Shown here piece after piece: positions 19,301 to 28,171 of a stretch of DNA of 64,000 nucleotides. The notes beneath the pieces are model-generated. The model worked only from the letters and a program-made list of their open reading frames with translations, searched no databases and was not told the DNA's origin. A program made the position numbers and the translations under genes. This DNA is from an uncultured Bacilli bacterium (GTDB lineage Bacteria > Bacillota_I > Bacilli_A > RF39 > UBA660). The stretch lies in assembly GCA_934149245.1 (NCBI GenBank), contig CAKPER010000001.1, positions 35,236 to 99,235 on the forward strand. Reading direction: 5' to 3'. Within the stretch, counting starts at the first letter, position 1. Each line of letters begins with the position of its first letter.

Positions 19301-21076
19301 TTCTGGATCAATACTTTTTAGATGGTTTTGATATTTGGAATTTGCTATAACATCATCCCAATTTATGCTTCTAGAATAAAAACTTTTCTTTAATTCTTCG
19401 CTAGCATTAGCTGGTAAAAAAGCAGTAGGATAATTATTTTTAAAGTGTTTCGGTAAATTAGCTGGATATTTTTGGGGGAAGAATGTTAAATATTTATAAA
19501 AAATATCATCAAGTTTAGTCATAAGTTCATTTAAATTTGAACTGTTTGTTAAATTTAATTTATTTATTTTTATATCTTCTTTTGTAAAGCCTTGGGCTAA
19601 TACGCTGTTATTATTATTAGTTAATATAGAAAATATATCGCTATAATCACTTAGGAAATGCATGATATCATCATAACTTGCCATATTTTTTATGACAGAA
19701 TATAAATTTTTTCTATTATCTAGAGTATTAATATCTATCATTTTAAAATAACGTTCTAGACTTTTTCCTTTTAAATATTCTAAATATTCAGGATTTTCTT
19801 TTATTATTTTTGGGGTTATTTCTTTTTTATAAAAGACATTTTGTAACTCTTCTGGGGCATTTGGTGAGATAAAATAATCTTCGTTTTGTTCTCTAAACTC
19901 CCCTTTTAGCTCTTTAAAATTTAGTAATATATCTGCAACTTCACTAATAGATGAGTTAGTATATTTTAAAGTTCTTCTTAATAATTCAGCAAATTCTTCT
20001 TTGGTATATGGTTCTTTGCTAGAAGTTCCTTTAAATAAAGGCCCTTCTTCTGAAAACGGCTCTACACTAAGATGAGTTGTAAGATTCTCCATTGCTTTTA
20101 GCATTTGGCAATTATTTTTAGTGAAAAAATTATTATTTTTCTTATCAAACTCTATTATTTGTTGGAAGCCACATCTATCAATAAAATTTAGAATATTATT
20201 ATCACTAATTAGGAGATTAAAAGGAATATTGCTATTTAAAATATAATCTTCTTCTAGATTATTTAGTTCCTGTTTGATAAGAGTACTACAATTAGAAAAG
20301 AAATCTTTTACTTTAAAAGAGGAATATTTGAACAAATCTTTATATTGTTCATTTGTAAGATGCGTTCCTGTTCCCATAACAAGCTGGCCAGATATTTCTA
20401 TTAAAAGATTATCAGTTAGCGTTTGAAGATACTTTTTCTTTTCATCTTCGTTTTGGTTATTCATAGTTTTATCTATAAATTCATAAATATTCGTGCTATC
20501 TTTAGTTAAGTTTATTAGAGTTTTATAATTATTCATAAAAGCTTTTACTTGGTTGTTAGTTATATGATGAGTATTATTTTTATCATGGATTAAGCAATAA
20601 GTTAAATCTTTATCTTTGTATAACTCCCAATTTTCTATTATATCTTTTAAAGATAAAGTGCCATTATTAAATTTTAATTTTTCATTTTTTTGGTCAACAA
20701 GATCTGTAAATAATCTATCTTTATAAATGTTTTTCATTTTAGATGAATATGCTGTTGGAGGTATTTTATCTTTTATTTTTTCGTACAAAATATAATTGAT
20801 ATCTTTTTCATCTTTTGTTAATGTTTTTAATAAATCTAAACATATTGAATACTTGTTTATTAATTCCCAATCTAATGTTTTAGAATTTTTAATACCAAAT
20901 TTTTCTACTATTTTAAAATCCTTACTTCTTATACATGATAATGGTATTTTATCAATTAAATCATATTTAATAAACTCTTCAAAAGAAATATTATTTGTAT
21001 AGATTTTTTCTAATATTTCAGAAGGAACATTTAATTTTCTACCAAATAATTGGTTTTTTCTATATTTATATTTCAT
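16334..21076 (-). CDS. Giant (1580 aa) N/K-rich hypothetical protein with a C-terminal polymerase-beta-type nucleotidyltransferase (NTP_transf_2-like) motif
   Basis: About 230 aa from the C-terminus: LIPTGSTSRGTNVLNDADYDYML, i.e. h-G-S-x2-R-G-x6-D-x-D, then a third acidic strand (IKVDSIEEDFDLDIS). Upstream there are repeated PxNAxEEL..FY motifs (NAPEELQNVFYKK, ANASEELKKSFYSR). No signal peptide. Confidence 0.45.
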   Translation of the reverse strand: MKYKYRKNQLFGRKLNVPSEILEKIYTNNISFEEFIKYDLIDKIPLSCIRSKDFKIVEKFGIKNSKTLDWELINKYSICLDLLKTLTKDEKDINYILYEKIKDKIPPTAYSSKMKNIYKDRLFTDLVDQKNEKLKFNNGTLSLKDIIENWELYKDKDLTYCLIHDKNNTHHITNNQVKAFMNNYKTLINLTKDSTNIYEFIDKTMNNQNEDEKKKYLQTLTDNLLIEISGQLVMGTGTHLTNEQYKDLFKYSSFKVKDFFSNCSTLIKQELNNLEEDYILNSNIPFNLLISDNNILNFIDRCGFQQIIEFDKKNNNFFTKNNCQMLKAMENLTTHLSVEPFSEEGPLFKGTSSKEPYTKEEFAELLRRTLKYTNSSISEVADILLNFKELKGEFREQNEDYFISPNAPEELQNVFYKKEITPKIIKENPEYLEYLKGKSLERYFKMIDINTLDNRKNLYSVIKNMASYDDIMHFLSDYSDIFSILTNNNNSVLAQGFTKEDIKINKLNLTNSSNLNELMTKLDDIFYKYLTFFPQKYPANLPKHFKNNYPTAFLPANASEELKKSFYSRSINWDDVIANSKYQNHLKSIDPEILFKHLPVFDEATKKYVNLISLMKSHFKESTFQTILSYGNHLEKIANFTTLNLSSAKNITSKSLLNTLDESIYKAIIDGRITYNDNIRKEFREKHSMLFLEAKVPDDIKEKFYNRQFKFNDFATNLSLVDMIDDANIICGLDQKLSWLIPLFAKDKNQKKANYSRLKVLENYLNLKDNSLKEEFKNYIINTNYNIDVNKIDYIAEVLNKLSKTNSQELYNYRTNFARLILKTKNPIASLDKIENVFIRNNIPMFSKIFKCFRILYPDLSQKLTDGTFDFSPDSRMSPELIKANPNNKAMQKLSRELKNKTNMRFQIIYNDLLRIAIYSNNRSLKNYLANIEKGNNIYLSLINNNLKLEDLSIQDKNTLKTFTAHLKALSENINPLEDDEEEQDLSDLDLKEQITYFREKFKVTNRYDLPDRIVRHFAYFLGIKSFNELKNLMEDNVDKTNKKNYLKAEKMRHKKTIPAEGDFLRCIGTIEAFGSSLDEGNLCNEYLGPITGKSISDTTELDADFTKVAKSKTVYDAINGTPTGWGFGNIFFVLEKDNPRISITRDEAIKDGVPYDPKKIEMFCSETIKGGFNSHWGARTGIASSDIDYIIYKKNKQIDPNNPYKEDGSVNYLESDSKDNDLDDLSALKVEIVKKGFYIPVIDLSGNLIFTPEEYEKIASHMAGLSYYDKEKYILDDTIYFDKLEDILLEMDEDNKKQKHNQNVIETIIKEILTLEFNQIPNLKIEPTITNDLSSNILELIPTGSTSRGTNVLNDADYDYMLKIGKNELTKHEHTLLDKFKKILNPKDNLSHDNRFRGMNIKVDSIEEDFDLDISLAQKRSNVEYSSEMALNDRLNSIKKQYPKEYPLVIANIIYAKKLLKEANAYKQKNSLVPEGGLSGIGVENWILQNGGSFTKACQEFLKYALESDGNIKPFSEFKKDYKIWDFGENHEPQKYGDITYNYYEFVSNNMNETGYYKMVDVLKKHLDYYKKQKHNKSK

Positions 21077-21374
21077 ATATTATCACCTACAATACTATCT
21101 TTTACTGCTTATTATCTATAATTAAATGATAGCTTATTATTGGTAAGTTGTAAATATTTTAGGTAAAATTTGACATATGAATGCAAAAAAATACTTCATA
21201 TTATTTTAGAAATAATAGTTCTATAATATTTAGTGGGCTTAGATATAACACTCACTAATTTTATTTCATTAATTTGTTTATTGCATTTATATTTCTCTTT
21301 AAAACAAAATATTATCTGTAAAATCATAATGTAACTCTAATGTATTATCATAATCTGTAACTAATAGTTTCATA

Positions 21375-22058
21375 TTATTCCTTAGGCTCGAAAGTTAAAA
21401 CATTTCCAAATATTTCTAGTTTATTAGTGCTTCTATCATAAATCATTGCACCATCATCAAATATTGCATATACATTTTTCTTCTTATCATTAGCAATTTT
21501 TTGTAATTTATCTAAATATCTCTTATTATTTATTGAATGGACATCCATATAAAATGGATCATCTAAAACTCCAAAACCATCGTAAAAAGCAAAATATTTA
21601 TAATAATTATTTTTAGCTGTAATAAAATATCTTTTTAATTGCAAATCTGAACCTGCACTAAATCCAATAATAATTCCTTTATAATGTTTTATATTATATA
21701 AAATTTCAGTTTCTTGAGTAACTTTACTATATAACATTTCAGGATTACCACCAGTTATTACTAATATATCACTATTATCTATTATCGATTTAAAGTTTTT
21801 AAAATTATCTTTATCATAACAGTTCAAAACAGTTATATTTTCTTCAGTAATTCCTAATTTTAATAATGACCCAACATATTTATTATATCTTCTTCCACCT
21901 TTTGGAAGCCATTCTTCATCAAATGTTTTCTTATCTATTTCCGTAGGAAAAGTCCAAGCAATAATTACAGCCTTTTGTGTAGGATTAATCATTTTTTTAA
22001 TTTTAATTTCAACAAGTTCCATACCTCTTTCATATTCACTTAATAATATACTATACAT
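21375..22058 (-). CDS. Peptidase S51 (dipeptidase E/cyanophycinase-like) family protein
   Basis: 227 aa; Ser-nucleophile motif IIGFSAGS and S51-like topology (VITGGNPE... upstream). Confidence 0.55.
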   Translation of the reverse strand: MYSILLSEYERGMELVEIKIKKMINPTQKAVIIAWTFPTEIDKKTFDEEWLPKGGRRYNKYVGSLLKLGITEENITVLNCYDKDNFKNFKSIIDNSDILVITGGNPEMLYSKVTQETEILYNIKHYKGIIIGFSAGSDLQLKRYFITAKNNYYKYFAFYDGFGVLDDPFYMDVHSINNKRYLDKLQKIANDKKKNVYAIFDDGAMIYDRSTNKLEIFGNVLTFEPKE

Positions 22059-22097
22059 AAATTACCTTCTTTCTAATTTTAATTTTTTTACGCATTC

Positions 22098-22331
22098 TTA
22101 CATATTTAATTGTTTTTTTAGCATCTCTTCTGTATCATTATAAAAATTACTATTTTCTACTATAGGCATATTCATTATATCATATAATTGTTTTCTTTTA
22201 TCACTTGATATTTTTTTAATATGTAAGTATTGTTTCATCATATAATATTTCTTTTTTTGCCACTTTGTATTAAATAAGGGGTTGTTCAAAATAAATGTTA
22301 ATTTTGGCGATTTAACTTTAAAATGTAACAC
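22098..22331 (-). CDS. Hypothetical small basic protein
   Basis: 77-aa ORF, Lys-rich, no recognisable motif; the real start may be the internal MMKQY. Confidence 0.2.
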   Translation of the reverse strand: MLHFKVKSPKLTFILNNPLFNTKWQKKKYYMMKQYLHIKKISSDKRKQLYDIMNMPIVENSNFYNDTEEMLKKQLNM

Positions 22332-22436
22332 TTCAATATTGAAAAATGCGTATAAATAACCTCTTCTTGAGTTTGATGTTACATATTAAACTCTATAAGA
22401 TATTACGAATTTTCTAATGCTGGAATATTTTTTATG

Positions 22437-22456
22437 TATTAGGAAATTTCCTAATA
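22437..22456. promoter_or_regulatory. Perfect 20-bp palindrome TATTAGGAAATTTCCTAATA (candidate operator)
   Basis: The sequence reads identically on both strands; it sits about 105 bp upstream of the 22331 ORF start, in the intergenic region. Confidence 0.3.
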
Positions 22457-22566
22457 TATAAAAAGCCAACGCATATTAGCATCGACTTATTAAAATTTTC
22501 TTATCAAAATTTAGGGTTCCACTATTTGACAAGAAGCTGAAATAACACAACAAAGTATTTTTAGGT

Positions 22567-23937
22567 TTATTTTAGTTTATTAAGAAGATCTAAAAATTCA
22601 GTTTTTATTTCTTCTAATCTTTCTTCACTCTTAGCTTCAAATCTAGAAGTAATGTTTGGACCAGTATTAGACGCTCTTACTAGAGCTGAACCGTCTTTAA
22701 AGAAGACTTTAACACCATCTATAGTTAAAATATCGTAATTTTTATCTTGGCAGTATTCTTTTATTTTTTCGATTATTTGGAATTTTGTATCATCACTAGT
22801 AGCAATTTTTATTTCTGGTGTACTATAATATTTGCTAATTCCATCTAACATTTCAGATAATTTTTTGTCTGTATTAGATAATATTTCAATTAATCTTAAT
22901 GAAGCATAAATTCCGTCATCATTTCCAGAAAAACGATCTCTAAAGAAAACATGACCTGATAATTCTCCACTGAATGGATAATTTCCTTCATAACTTTTTA
23001 ATTTAGTATATGAGTTTCCAGTTCTATAGAATTCATTTTCTACACCTAATTTATCTAATTCTTCTTTTAGAGCTAGGCTACATTTTATATCATAAAAAGT
23101 TTTTTTAGGCACATCTGTTTTTACAAGTTCACGCCAGATAATTATCATTAATTTATCAATATCAATCATTTGCCCTAGATTATTTACAGCTCCTACTCTA
23201 TCGCCATCACCATCATAAGCAACTCCAACATCAGCTTTTGTCTCTAAAACTTTAGCTTTTAGTTTGGCTAAGTTCTCTTCAACTGCTGGATCTGGATGAT
23301 GATTAGGAAATGTTGGGTCACTTTCGTTAAATAAAGGTATTAATTCTAGTTTATCCTTGAATGCAGCAAATATTTTATCTGCAACTATACATGTTGTTCC
23401 ATTACCACAATCATATACAACTTTTAATTTTCTATCACCTAATTTTATACCTGATGTAATCATTTTTATGTAATCGTCGTGAATATCTACATCTTTTTTT
23501 GTTCCTGTAGTGCCAGTACTTTTAAATGCATTATTCATGATGATATTATATAGTTCAAGTGATGATGTTCCACAAGCATTATGAATTCCATTATAAGAAA
23601 ATTTAAAACCATTATCATCTTTAGGATTATGTGATGCTGTTATCATAAGTCCACATTTTATATTTAATAGATCCCAACTATAATAATACATTGGTGTTGT
23701 TACAAGTCCAAGTCTTACGACATTTACACCACACTCAGTTATTCCTTTTACAAGATTTTTTTCGATTATTGGTGAACTAATTCTGTTATCGTATCCTATT
23801 ATAGTTGTATCTTTTCCTAGTTCTACTAACTTAGTTGCAAATGCTTTTCCTATTAAATAAGATACTTCTTCATCTATATCTTTTCCATATACTCCCCTTA
23901 TATCATATTCTCTAAACATATATTTATTTAATTCCAT
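22567..23937 (-). CDS. Phosphomannomutase/phosphoglucomutase (alpha-D-phosphohexomutase family)
   Basis: 456 aa; active-site Ser loop MITASHNPKDDNGFKF; metal-binding DGDGDR (AYDGDGDRVG); sugar-binding GELSGH. Confidence 0.85.
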   Translation of the reverse strand: MELNKYMFREYDIRGVYGKDIDEEVSYLIGKAFATKLVELGKDTTIIGYDNRISSPIIEKNLVKGITECGVNVVRLGLVTTPMYYYSWDLLNIKCGLMITASHNPKDDNGFKFSYNGIHNACGTSSLELYNIIMNNAFKSTGTTGTKKDVDIHDDYIKMITSGIKLGDRKLKVVYDCGNGTTCIVADKIFAAFKDKLELIPLFNESDPTFPNHHPDPAVEENLAKLKAKVLETKADVGVAYDGDGDRVGAVNNLGQMIDIDKLMIIIWRELVKTDVPKKTFYDIKCSLALKEELDKLGVENEFYRTGNSYTKLKSYEGNYPFSGELSGHVFFRDRFSGNDDGIYASLRLIEILSNTDKKLSEMLDGISKYYSTPEIKIATSDDTKFQIIEKIKEYCQDKNYDILTIDGVKVFFKDGSALVRASNTGPNITSRFEAKSEERLEEIKTEFLDLLNKLK

Positions 23938-23939
23938 AT

Positions 23940-25397
23940 TTATCTTCCTCTCCTTATTGTAGCACTAATGGCTGTTGTGTTATCTTCACCAGCCTGAATT
24001 TCATCATAAAACTCACTTTCTGTAAATTGTTTTAATTTACTCAATATTTCCTGATAATTTTCTTTAGTTATTTCTCCTTTTAAGCATTTTGCTTTTAATT
24101 CCTCTAACTCTTTCTTATAACTTGCTTTATTATTAACAGCATGATGTACTAAATCTCTTGCTATTTGATCATCTTTACTATTAGCTGCTATTTCTACTAC
24201 TTTATCGGTTCCTAATAAATCAGCTACTCCATCAGAGTATAACATTATTTTATAGTTTTTATTATCTCTTAAATTAATTTGATCAAACGTACAAGTTGGT
24301 GTTTCTTCAATTTGTCCACCTAAACATTTAATAATTCTATTACCATCTACATGAAAGCGGTCAAATGGTTCTGGAACCCCAAGCATATTAGGAACATTTT
24401 GACTCTTAGTAGCATAAATCATTTTATTATCTTCTGTTATTACTGCTTTAGAGTCTCCAATATTTCCTACTAAGATGTTATCTCTTTTAACAATAGCAAA
24501 ACATAATGTTGTTCCTCCTGTATAAACTTTACTGTTTATCTGATTATTTATCTTGGCAACTTGTCTGTTTATTGCTCTTTCTAAATTTTGGTTATCATTA
24601 TTATAATATTCTCGTGGGTCTAAACTTTTGAACCATAAAAACATTTCTCTTGCTGCAATATTACTGGCTATTTCACCGTTAGCTAAGCCACCCATTCCGT
24701 CAGCAACTAACATTAGTCTGAATTCTGCATTTTGAGGATGACTACCTATATAGTAAGAATCTTCTTGACTTTTTCTAACATTTCCAACTGAGCTATAGGC
24801 ATACATATTATTAACAAATGACTCAGCCTTTTTAAAACTAGTCTGTCTTCCTTCTAAAATAGCCTGTTCTAATTCTGAATATGGTTCATAATAATTGATA
24901 TTTTGTGGTATAGGCATTTCTATTTTGGGGCTCGAACTAAACTTTTTTGGATCAACTTGCTGAGTCATGATTTCTTTATTTAATATGTTATAGCAAACTA
25001 GTTCTTTGAAATACTCTAATGTATCTTCATGAATATAGTAATTACCATTTTGCTCTGTAACATATTTACCAAATTCTTCTGGAGCAAGCATTCTACGAGC
25101 CGTTTCTATTATTAGACATTGATAATTTTCTTTAGTGTATTTTTCCATTTCTTTTCTTATGTTAAATTCTCTAGTAAATTTTTCATACTCATTATTCTCA
25201 AGTTTAGATAAGGTTTCATAAAGAAATAAACCATATTCATGTTCTGTATATGGCTCTAATTTAGCTGTATCATCTAATATTTTTAATGTTTTAGCACCAT
25301 ATACTACTTTTATTGATGTTAATTTAGTTGCTTGTAATAGTTTTTGATATAATACCTGATATCTTTCAGGATGCATTTTTTCTATTTCAATTGTCAT
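23940..25397 (-). CDS. PP2C-family Ser/Thr protein phosphatase with an extra ~200-aa N-terminal domain
   Basis: 485 aa; C-terminal half carries PP2C motifs (MLVADGMGGLANGEIAS, GGTTLCFAIV, YSDGVADL). N-terminal half has no recognisable motif. Confidence 0.7.
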   Translation of the reverse strand: MTIEIEKMHPERYQVLYQKLLQATKLTSIKVVYGAKTLKILDDTAKLEPYTEHEYGLFLYETLSKLENNEYEKFTREFNIRKEMEKYTKENYQCLIIETARRMLAPEEFGKYVTEQNGNYYIHEDTLEYFKELVCYNILNKEIMTQQVDPKKFSSSPKIEMPIPQNINYYEPYSELEQAILEGRQTSFKKAESFVNNMYAYSSVGNVRKSQEDSYYIGSHPQNAEFRLMLVADGMGGLANGEIASNIAAREMFLWFKSLDPREYYNNDNQNLERAINRQVAKINNQINSKVYTGGTTLCFAIVKRDNILVGNIGDSKAVITEDNKMIYATKSQNVPNMLGVPEPFDRFHVDGNRIIKCLGGQIEETPTCTFDQINLRDNKNYKIMLYSDGVADLLGTDKVVEIAANSKDDQIARDLVHHAVNNKASYKKELEELKAKCLKGEITKENYQEILSKLKQFTESEFYDEIQAGEDNTTAISATIRRGR

Positions 25398-25656
25398 TAT
25401 TATTATCCTTTCTTATTTTTTCTTTATAATCTTCGATTATTTCTTCAAATAATGGTAATACATCAACATCTGTTACTTCTTCTAATTTATTATTAATATC
25501 TAATTTAGCCCCATATAGATTAAACTCACCTTTTTCGTTTTGCAGATTATCTGTATATACAATGTAATTTGAGTTATCAAAGGTAAATCTTATTAGTATG
25601 TCATAATTTAATTCTTTATTATCTTTATCATATATTTTGATATCACATTTTTCCAC
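25387..25656 (-). CDS. Second DUF1292/UPF0473-like small acidic protein (paralog of 340..627)
   Basis: 89 aa, acidic, NYIVYTDN motif (vs SYIVYTDN in the first copy); overlaps the PP2C start by 11 nt. Confidence 0.55.
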   Translation of the reverse strand: MEKCDIKIYDKDNKELNYDILIRFTFDNSNYIVYTDNLQNEKGEFNLYGAKLDINNKLEEVTDVDVLPLFEEIIEDYKEKIRKDNNNDN

Positions 25657-25744
25657 GGTATATCTTCCACCTCTCTCCTAGTCTTTATAAGAATATGATA
25701 CTTTATTATTATTGTTTTGTAAACATTTTGAATTAAATTTGACA

Positions 25745-25790
25745 TTAAATAGAAAAAGAACTAACAAATGATTAATTTTATTAGTTCTTT
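25745..25790 (-). terminator. Rho-independent terminator at the 3' end of the split LysM-amidase gene
   Basis: Perfect 10-bp stem AAAGAACTAA (25755-25764) / TTAGTTCTTT (25781-25790) with a 16-nt loop; on the minus strand it is followed by TTTTCTATTT. Confidence 0.6.
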
Positions 25791-25801
25791 ACTGTTATGG
25801 T

Positions 25802-26403
25802 ACTAATAATTCATCCCCTATATTTATTAAGTTTGAAGTTAAATTGTTTAAACTTTTTATTTTATCTACTGTTGTATTATATTTTTTAGCAATACTGTAT
25901 AAGCTATCTCCTGATACTACTTTATAAGTTTTTGTGCTAGATGTATTGCTAGGAAGTTTTAATATTTGACCTATACTTAGAATTTTTGAATCTAAGTTAT
26001 TTAAACTTTTTATTTTATCTACTGTTGTATTATATTTTTTAGCAATACTGTATAGGTTATCTCCTGATACTACTTTATAGGTTTTTGTACTAGATGTATT
26101 GGTGTCATTAGGAAGTTTTAATATTTGACCTATACTTAGAATATTGGACTCTAAGTTATTTAAACTTTTTATTTTATCTACTGTTGTATTATATTTTTTT
26201 GCAATACTGTATAAGCTATCTCCTGATACTACTTTATAAGTTTTGACATTAGAATTAGTTTCTTCTGTATTACTAGATGAAGTTGGGATTTTTAAACTAC
26301 TACCTATAGTTAGATTATTAGAAGTTAGGTTGTTATATGCTTTTAGTTTATCTACAGTAGTATTATATTTTCCAGCTATACTATATAAAGTATCACCTGA
26401 TAC
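25802..26403 (-). CDS. 3' segment of a split gene: four-and-a-half LysM repeats (C-terminal part of the Amidase_3-LysM protein)
   Basis: No start codon of its own, so absent from the ORF track. Minus-strand translation reads (S)GDTLYSIAGKYNTTVDKLKAYNNLTSNNLTIGSSLKIPTSSSNTEETNSNVKTYKVVSGDSLYSIAKKYNTTVDKIKSLNNLESNILSIGQILKLP...IGDELLVP and stops at 25802-25804. It is in frame with the 5' segment at 30078..30868 through the shared codons TCA-GGK-GAT (S-G-D). Confidence 0.75.
25830..26400 (-). repeat. Tandem ~150-bp coding repeats (LysM modules)
   Basis: Four near-identical DNA blocks (ttgaagttaaattgtttaaactttttattttatctactgttgtattatattttttagcaatactgtataagctatctcctgatactactttataag...). They are coding, not CRISPR. 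Confidence 0.8.
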
Positions 26404-26420
26404 AATTTTTATGCAACATT
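26380..26420. other. Left junction (attL-like) of the intervening element
   Basis: ...ctatataaagtatcaCCTGATACaatttttatgcaac... The host LysM sequence diverges after CCTGATAC (26396-26403); the element arm GATACAATTTTTATG is an inverted copy of the right-end arm. Confidence 0.65.
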
Positions 26421-27974
26421 TTTAAATGTAAATATAATATCTATCGTTTTATCTTGATAGATATAAATCTTTTCAATTAAATTTATAATTAATTCTCTAG
26501 TTGGATTTTCAAGTGATAAAAATTCATTTATATATTTTTCTATTTGTTTGTTATCTATTTTATTTTCTTCTATTTGTTCATTTTTAAGATTATCAATTTT
26601 CTTTTTATTATTATCTATTTCAGTTTTAATATTTTCACTTACTCTTAAGTATTGTTCTTCATCAATAATACCTTTTAATCTATCCATATATGTTTTATCT
26701 AGACTTTCAGTTAATTTATTATTTGTTATCTCTAAACTTTCAATTTGTTTTTTTATCTTTAAACTATTATCTTCAAACTTTATATTATTAATAGATTCTT
26801 TTATCTTGTTTTTATCTAAATACTTTTTACATACATCCCTTATATTATCTAAAATAACATTTTCTAATACTTCATAATTATTTGTATGGGTTGTACAGAC
26901 ATGATATTTTGAATATGTTCTATAATAATCACAAGTAGTATAACTTCTTTCTGTCTTATTTTGGTATCTAATTGTAATTCTGTGTTTACAATCCCCACAA
27001 TATAAAAGTCCATCTAATAAGTAAAATCTTTTTTTCTCTGGCCTTTTAACATTTTTAGGTAAAAGTGTTTGTACATAATTAAATGTACTCTTGTCAATAA
27101 TTGCCTTGTGTGTGTTTTCTACTATTATGTAATCATCTGGACTATTTTTAACCGTTTTCTTTAGTTTATAATTAATCTTTTTATTCTTACCTTGTACTGC
27201 ATCACCTGTATAAATTCTATTAGTTAAAATTGCCTTTATAGTAGTATCTACCCATACTCCATATTCTTGTGATATACAATTATTATTTATACATTTTGTA
27301 TTCCATATATAGTTATAATAAGATGCTGGTGTTTTTATTTTTCTTTTAGTAAGTTCTTGAGCAATATAATGATATGTATTACCTTTAAGTGCTAAATCAA
27401 ATATTAATTTAACAACACTTGCTTGCTCAACATTCACTACTAAATGATTCTTATTAGTTGGATCTTTCATATACCCAAATGGACATCTTCCTGATACATA
27501 TAAGCCATCTTTCATTCTTGAATGCAAACTACTTTTAATTTTTTTAGAAATATCTTTGGCATACATATCATTCATTATGGCTTTAAAAGGTGCAATATCA
27601 TTATTTGTATTGTCTATAAAAGTATCTATACCATCATTAATAGCAATATATCTAATATTATTATTTGGAAAAAATTTTTCTATTAATTCTCCAGTACCTA
27701 TATAATCTCTACCTAATCTAGACATATCTTTAGTAATAATCATATTGATTTTGCCTAATTCAATATCTTTCATCATTCTCTTAAATGATGGTCTATCAAA
27801 ATTAGTTCCAGAAAATCCATCATCTACATATTCATCAACTACTATATAATTGTTTTCTTTTACATATTGGTTAAGTAAACTTCTTTGACTAACAATACTA
27901 TCAGATTCTACATTCCCATCATCTCTTGATAATCTTATATAAAGTCCTACTTTAAAACTACTATTCCCTACCAT
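26409..27974 (-). CDS. Large serine recombinase (SpoIVCA/SprA/TnpX-type site-specific recombinase)
   Basis: 521 aa; N-terminal resolvase catalytic domain VGLYIRLSRDDGNVESDSIVSQRSLLNQY with the nucleophile Ser; recombinase domain; Cys-rich zinc ribbon (YCGDCKHR...CDYYRTY...HVCTTH); C-terminal coiled-coil (KKIDNLKNEQIEENKIDNKQIEKY). The stop lies 5 bp from the element end. Confidence 0.9.
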   Translation of the reverse strand: MVGNSSFKVGLYIRLSRDDGNVESDSIVSQRSLLNQYVKENNYIVVDEYVDDGFSGTNFDRPSFKRMMKDIELGKINMIITKDMSRLGRDYIGTGELIEKFFPNNNIRYIAINDGIDTFIDNTNNDIAPFKAIMNDMYAKDISKKIKSSLHSRMKDGLYVSGRCPFGYMKDPTNKNHLVVNVEQASVVKLIFDLALKGNTYHYIAQELTKRKIKTPASYYNYIWNTKCINNNCISQEYGVWVDTTIKAILTNRIYTGDAVQGKNKKINYKLKKTVKNSPDDYIIVENTHKAIIDKSTFNYVQTLLPKNVKRPEKKRFYLLDGLLYCGDCKHRITIRYQNKTERSYTTCDYYRTYSKYHVCTTHTNNYEVLENVILDNIRDVCKKYLDKNKIKESINNIKFEDNSLKIKKQIESLEITNNKLTESLDKTYMDRLKGIIDEEQYLRVSENIKTEIDNNKKKIDNLKNEQIEENKIDNKQIEKYINEFLSLENPTRELIINLIEKIYIYQDKTIDIIFTFKNVA

Positions 27975-28171
27975 TAATTACAACTCCCTTCCATTTGGGA
28001 ATAATGAGTATGATTACATGGTAGCTCCCTATCTAAATAATTGCAAGTCATGTTCAATTTCTTTTGTAATTCTATTTTCAATACTTCAGTTATTATTTCA
28101 TTTAAAGATTTAGAATTATCTTTAAACTTTAAATTAACTTTGTATTTAACCATAGAGTTTAATACCTCCAA
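27974..28171 (-). CDS. Small ORF (65 aa) translationally coupled to the recombinase start: candidate recombination directionality factor or regulator
   Basis: Good RBS (GGAGGTATTAAACTCTATG); its stop overlaps the recombinase ATG; 4 Cys in the C-terminal half (CNYLDRELPCNHTHYSQMEGSCN). No family assignable from sequence. Confidence 0.3.
   Translation of the reverse strand: MEVLNSMVKYKVNLKFKDNSKSLNEIITEVLKIELQKKLNMTCNYLDRELPCNHTHYSQMEGSCN

Noticed and set aside
16743-20999. Plus-strand ORFs 16743..16997, 17625..17942, 18375..18641, 20796..21002
   Set aside because: They lie antisense inside the 1580-aa gene and have no independent signals.
25830-26400. Regularly spaced ~150-bp direct repeats that could be mistaken for a CRISPR-like array
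   Set aside because: The repeats are too long, have no unique spacers and translate cleanly into LysM domains in one frame, so they are a coding tandem repeat.
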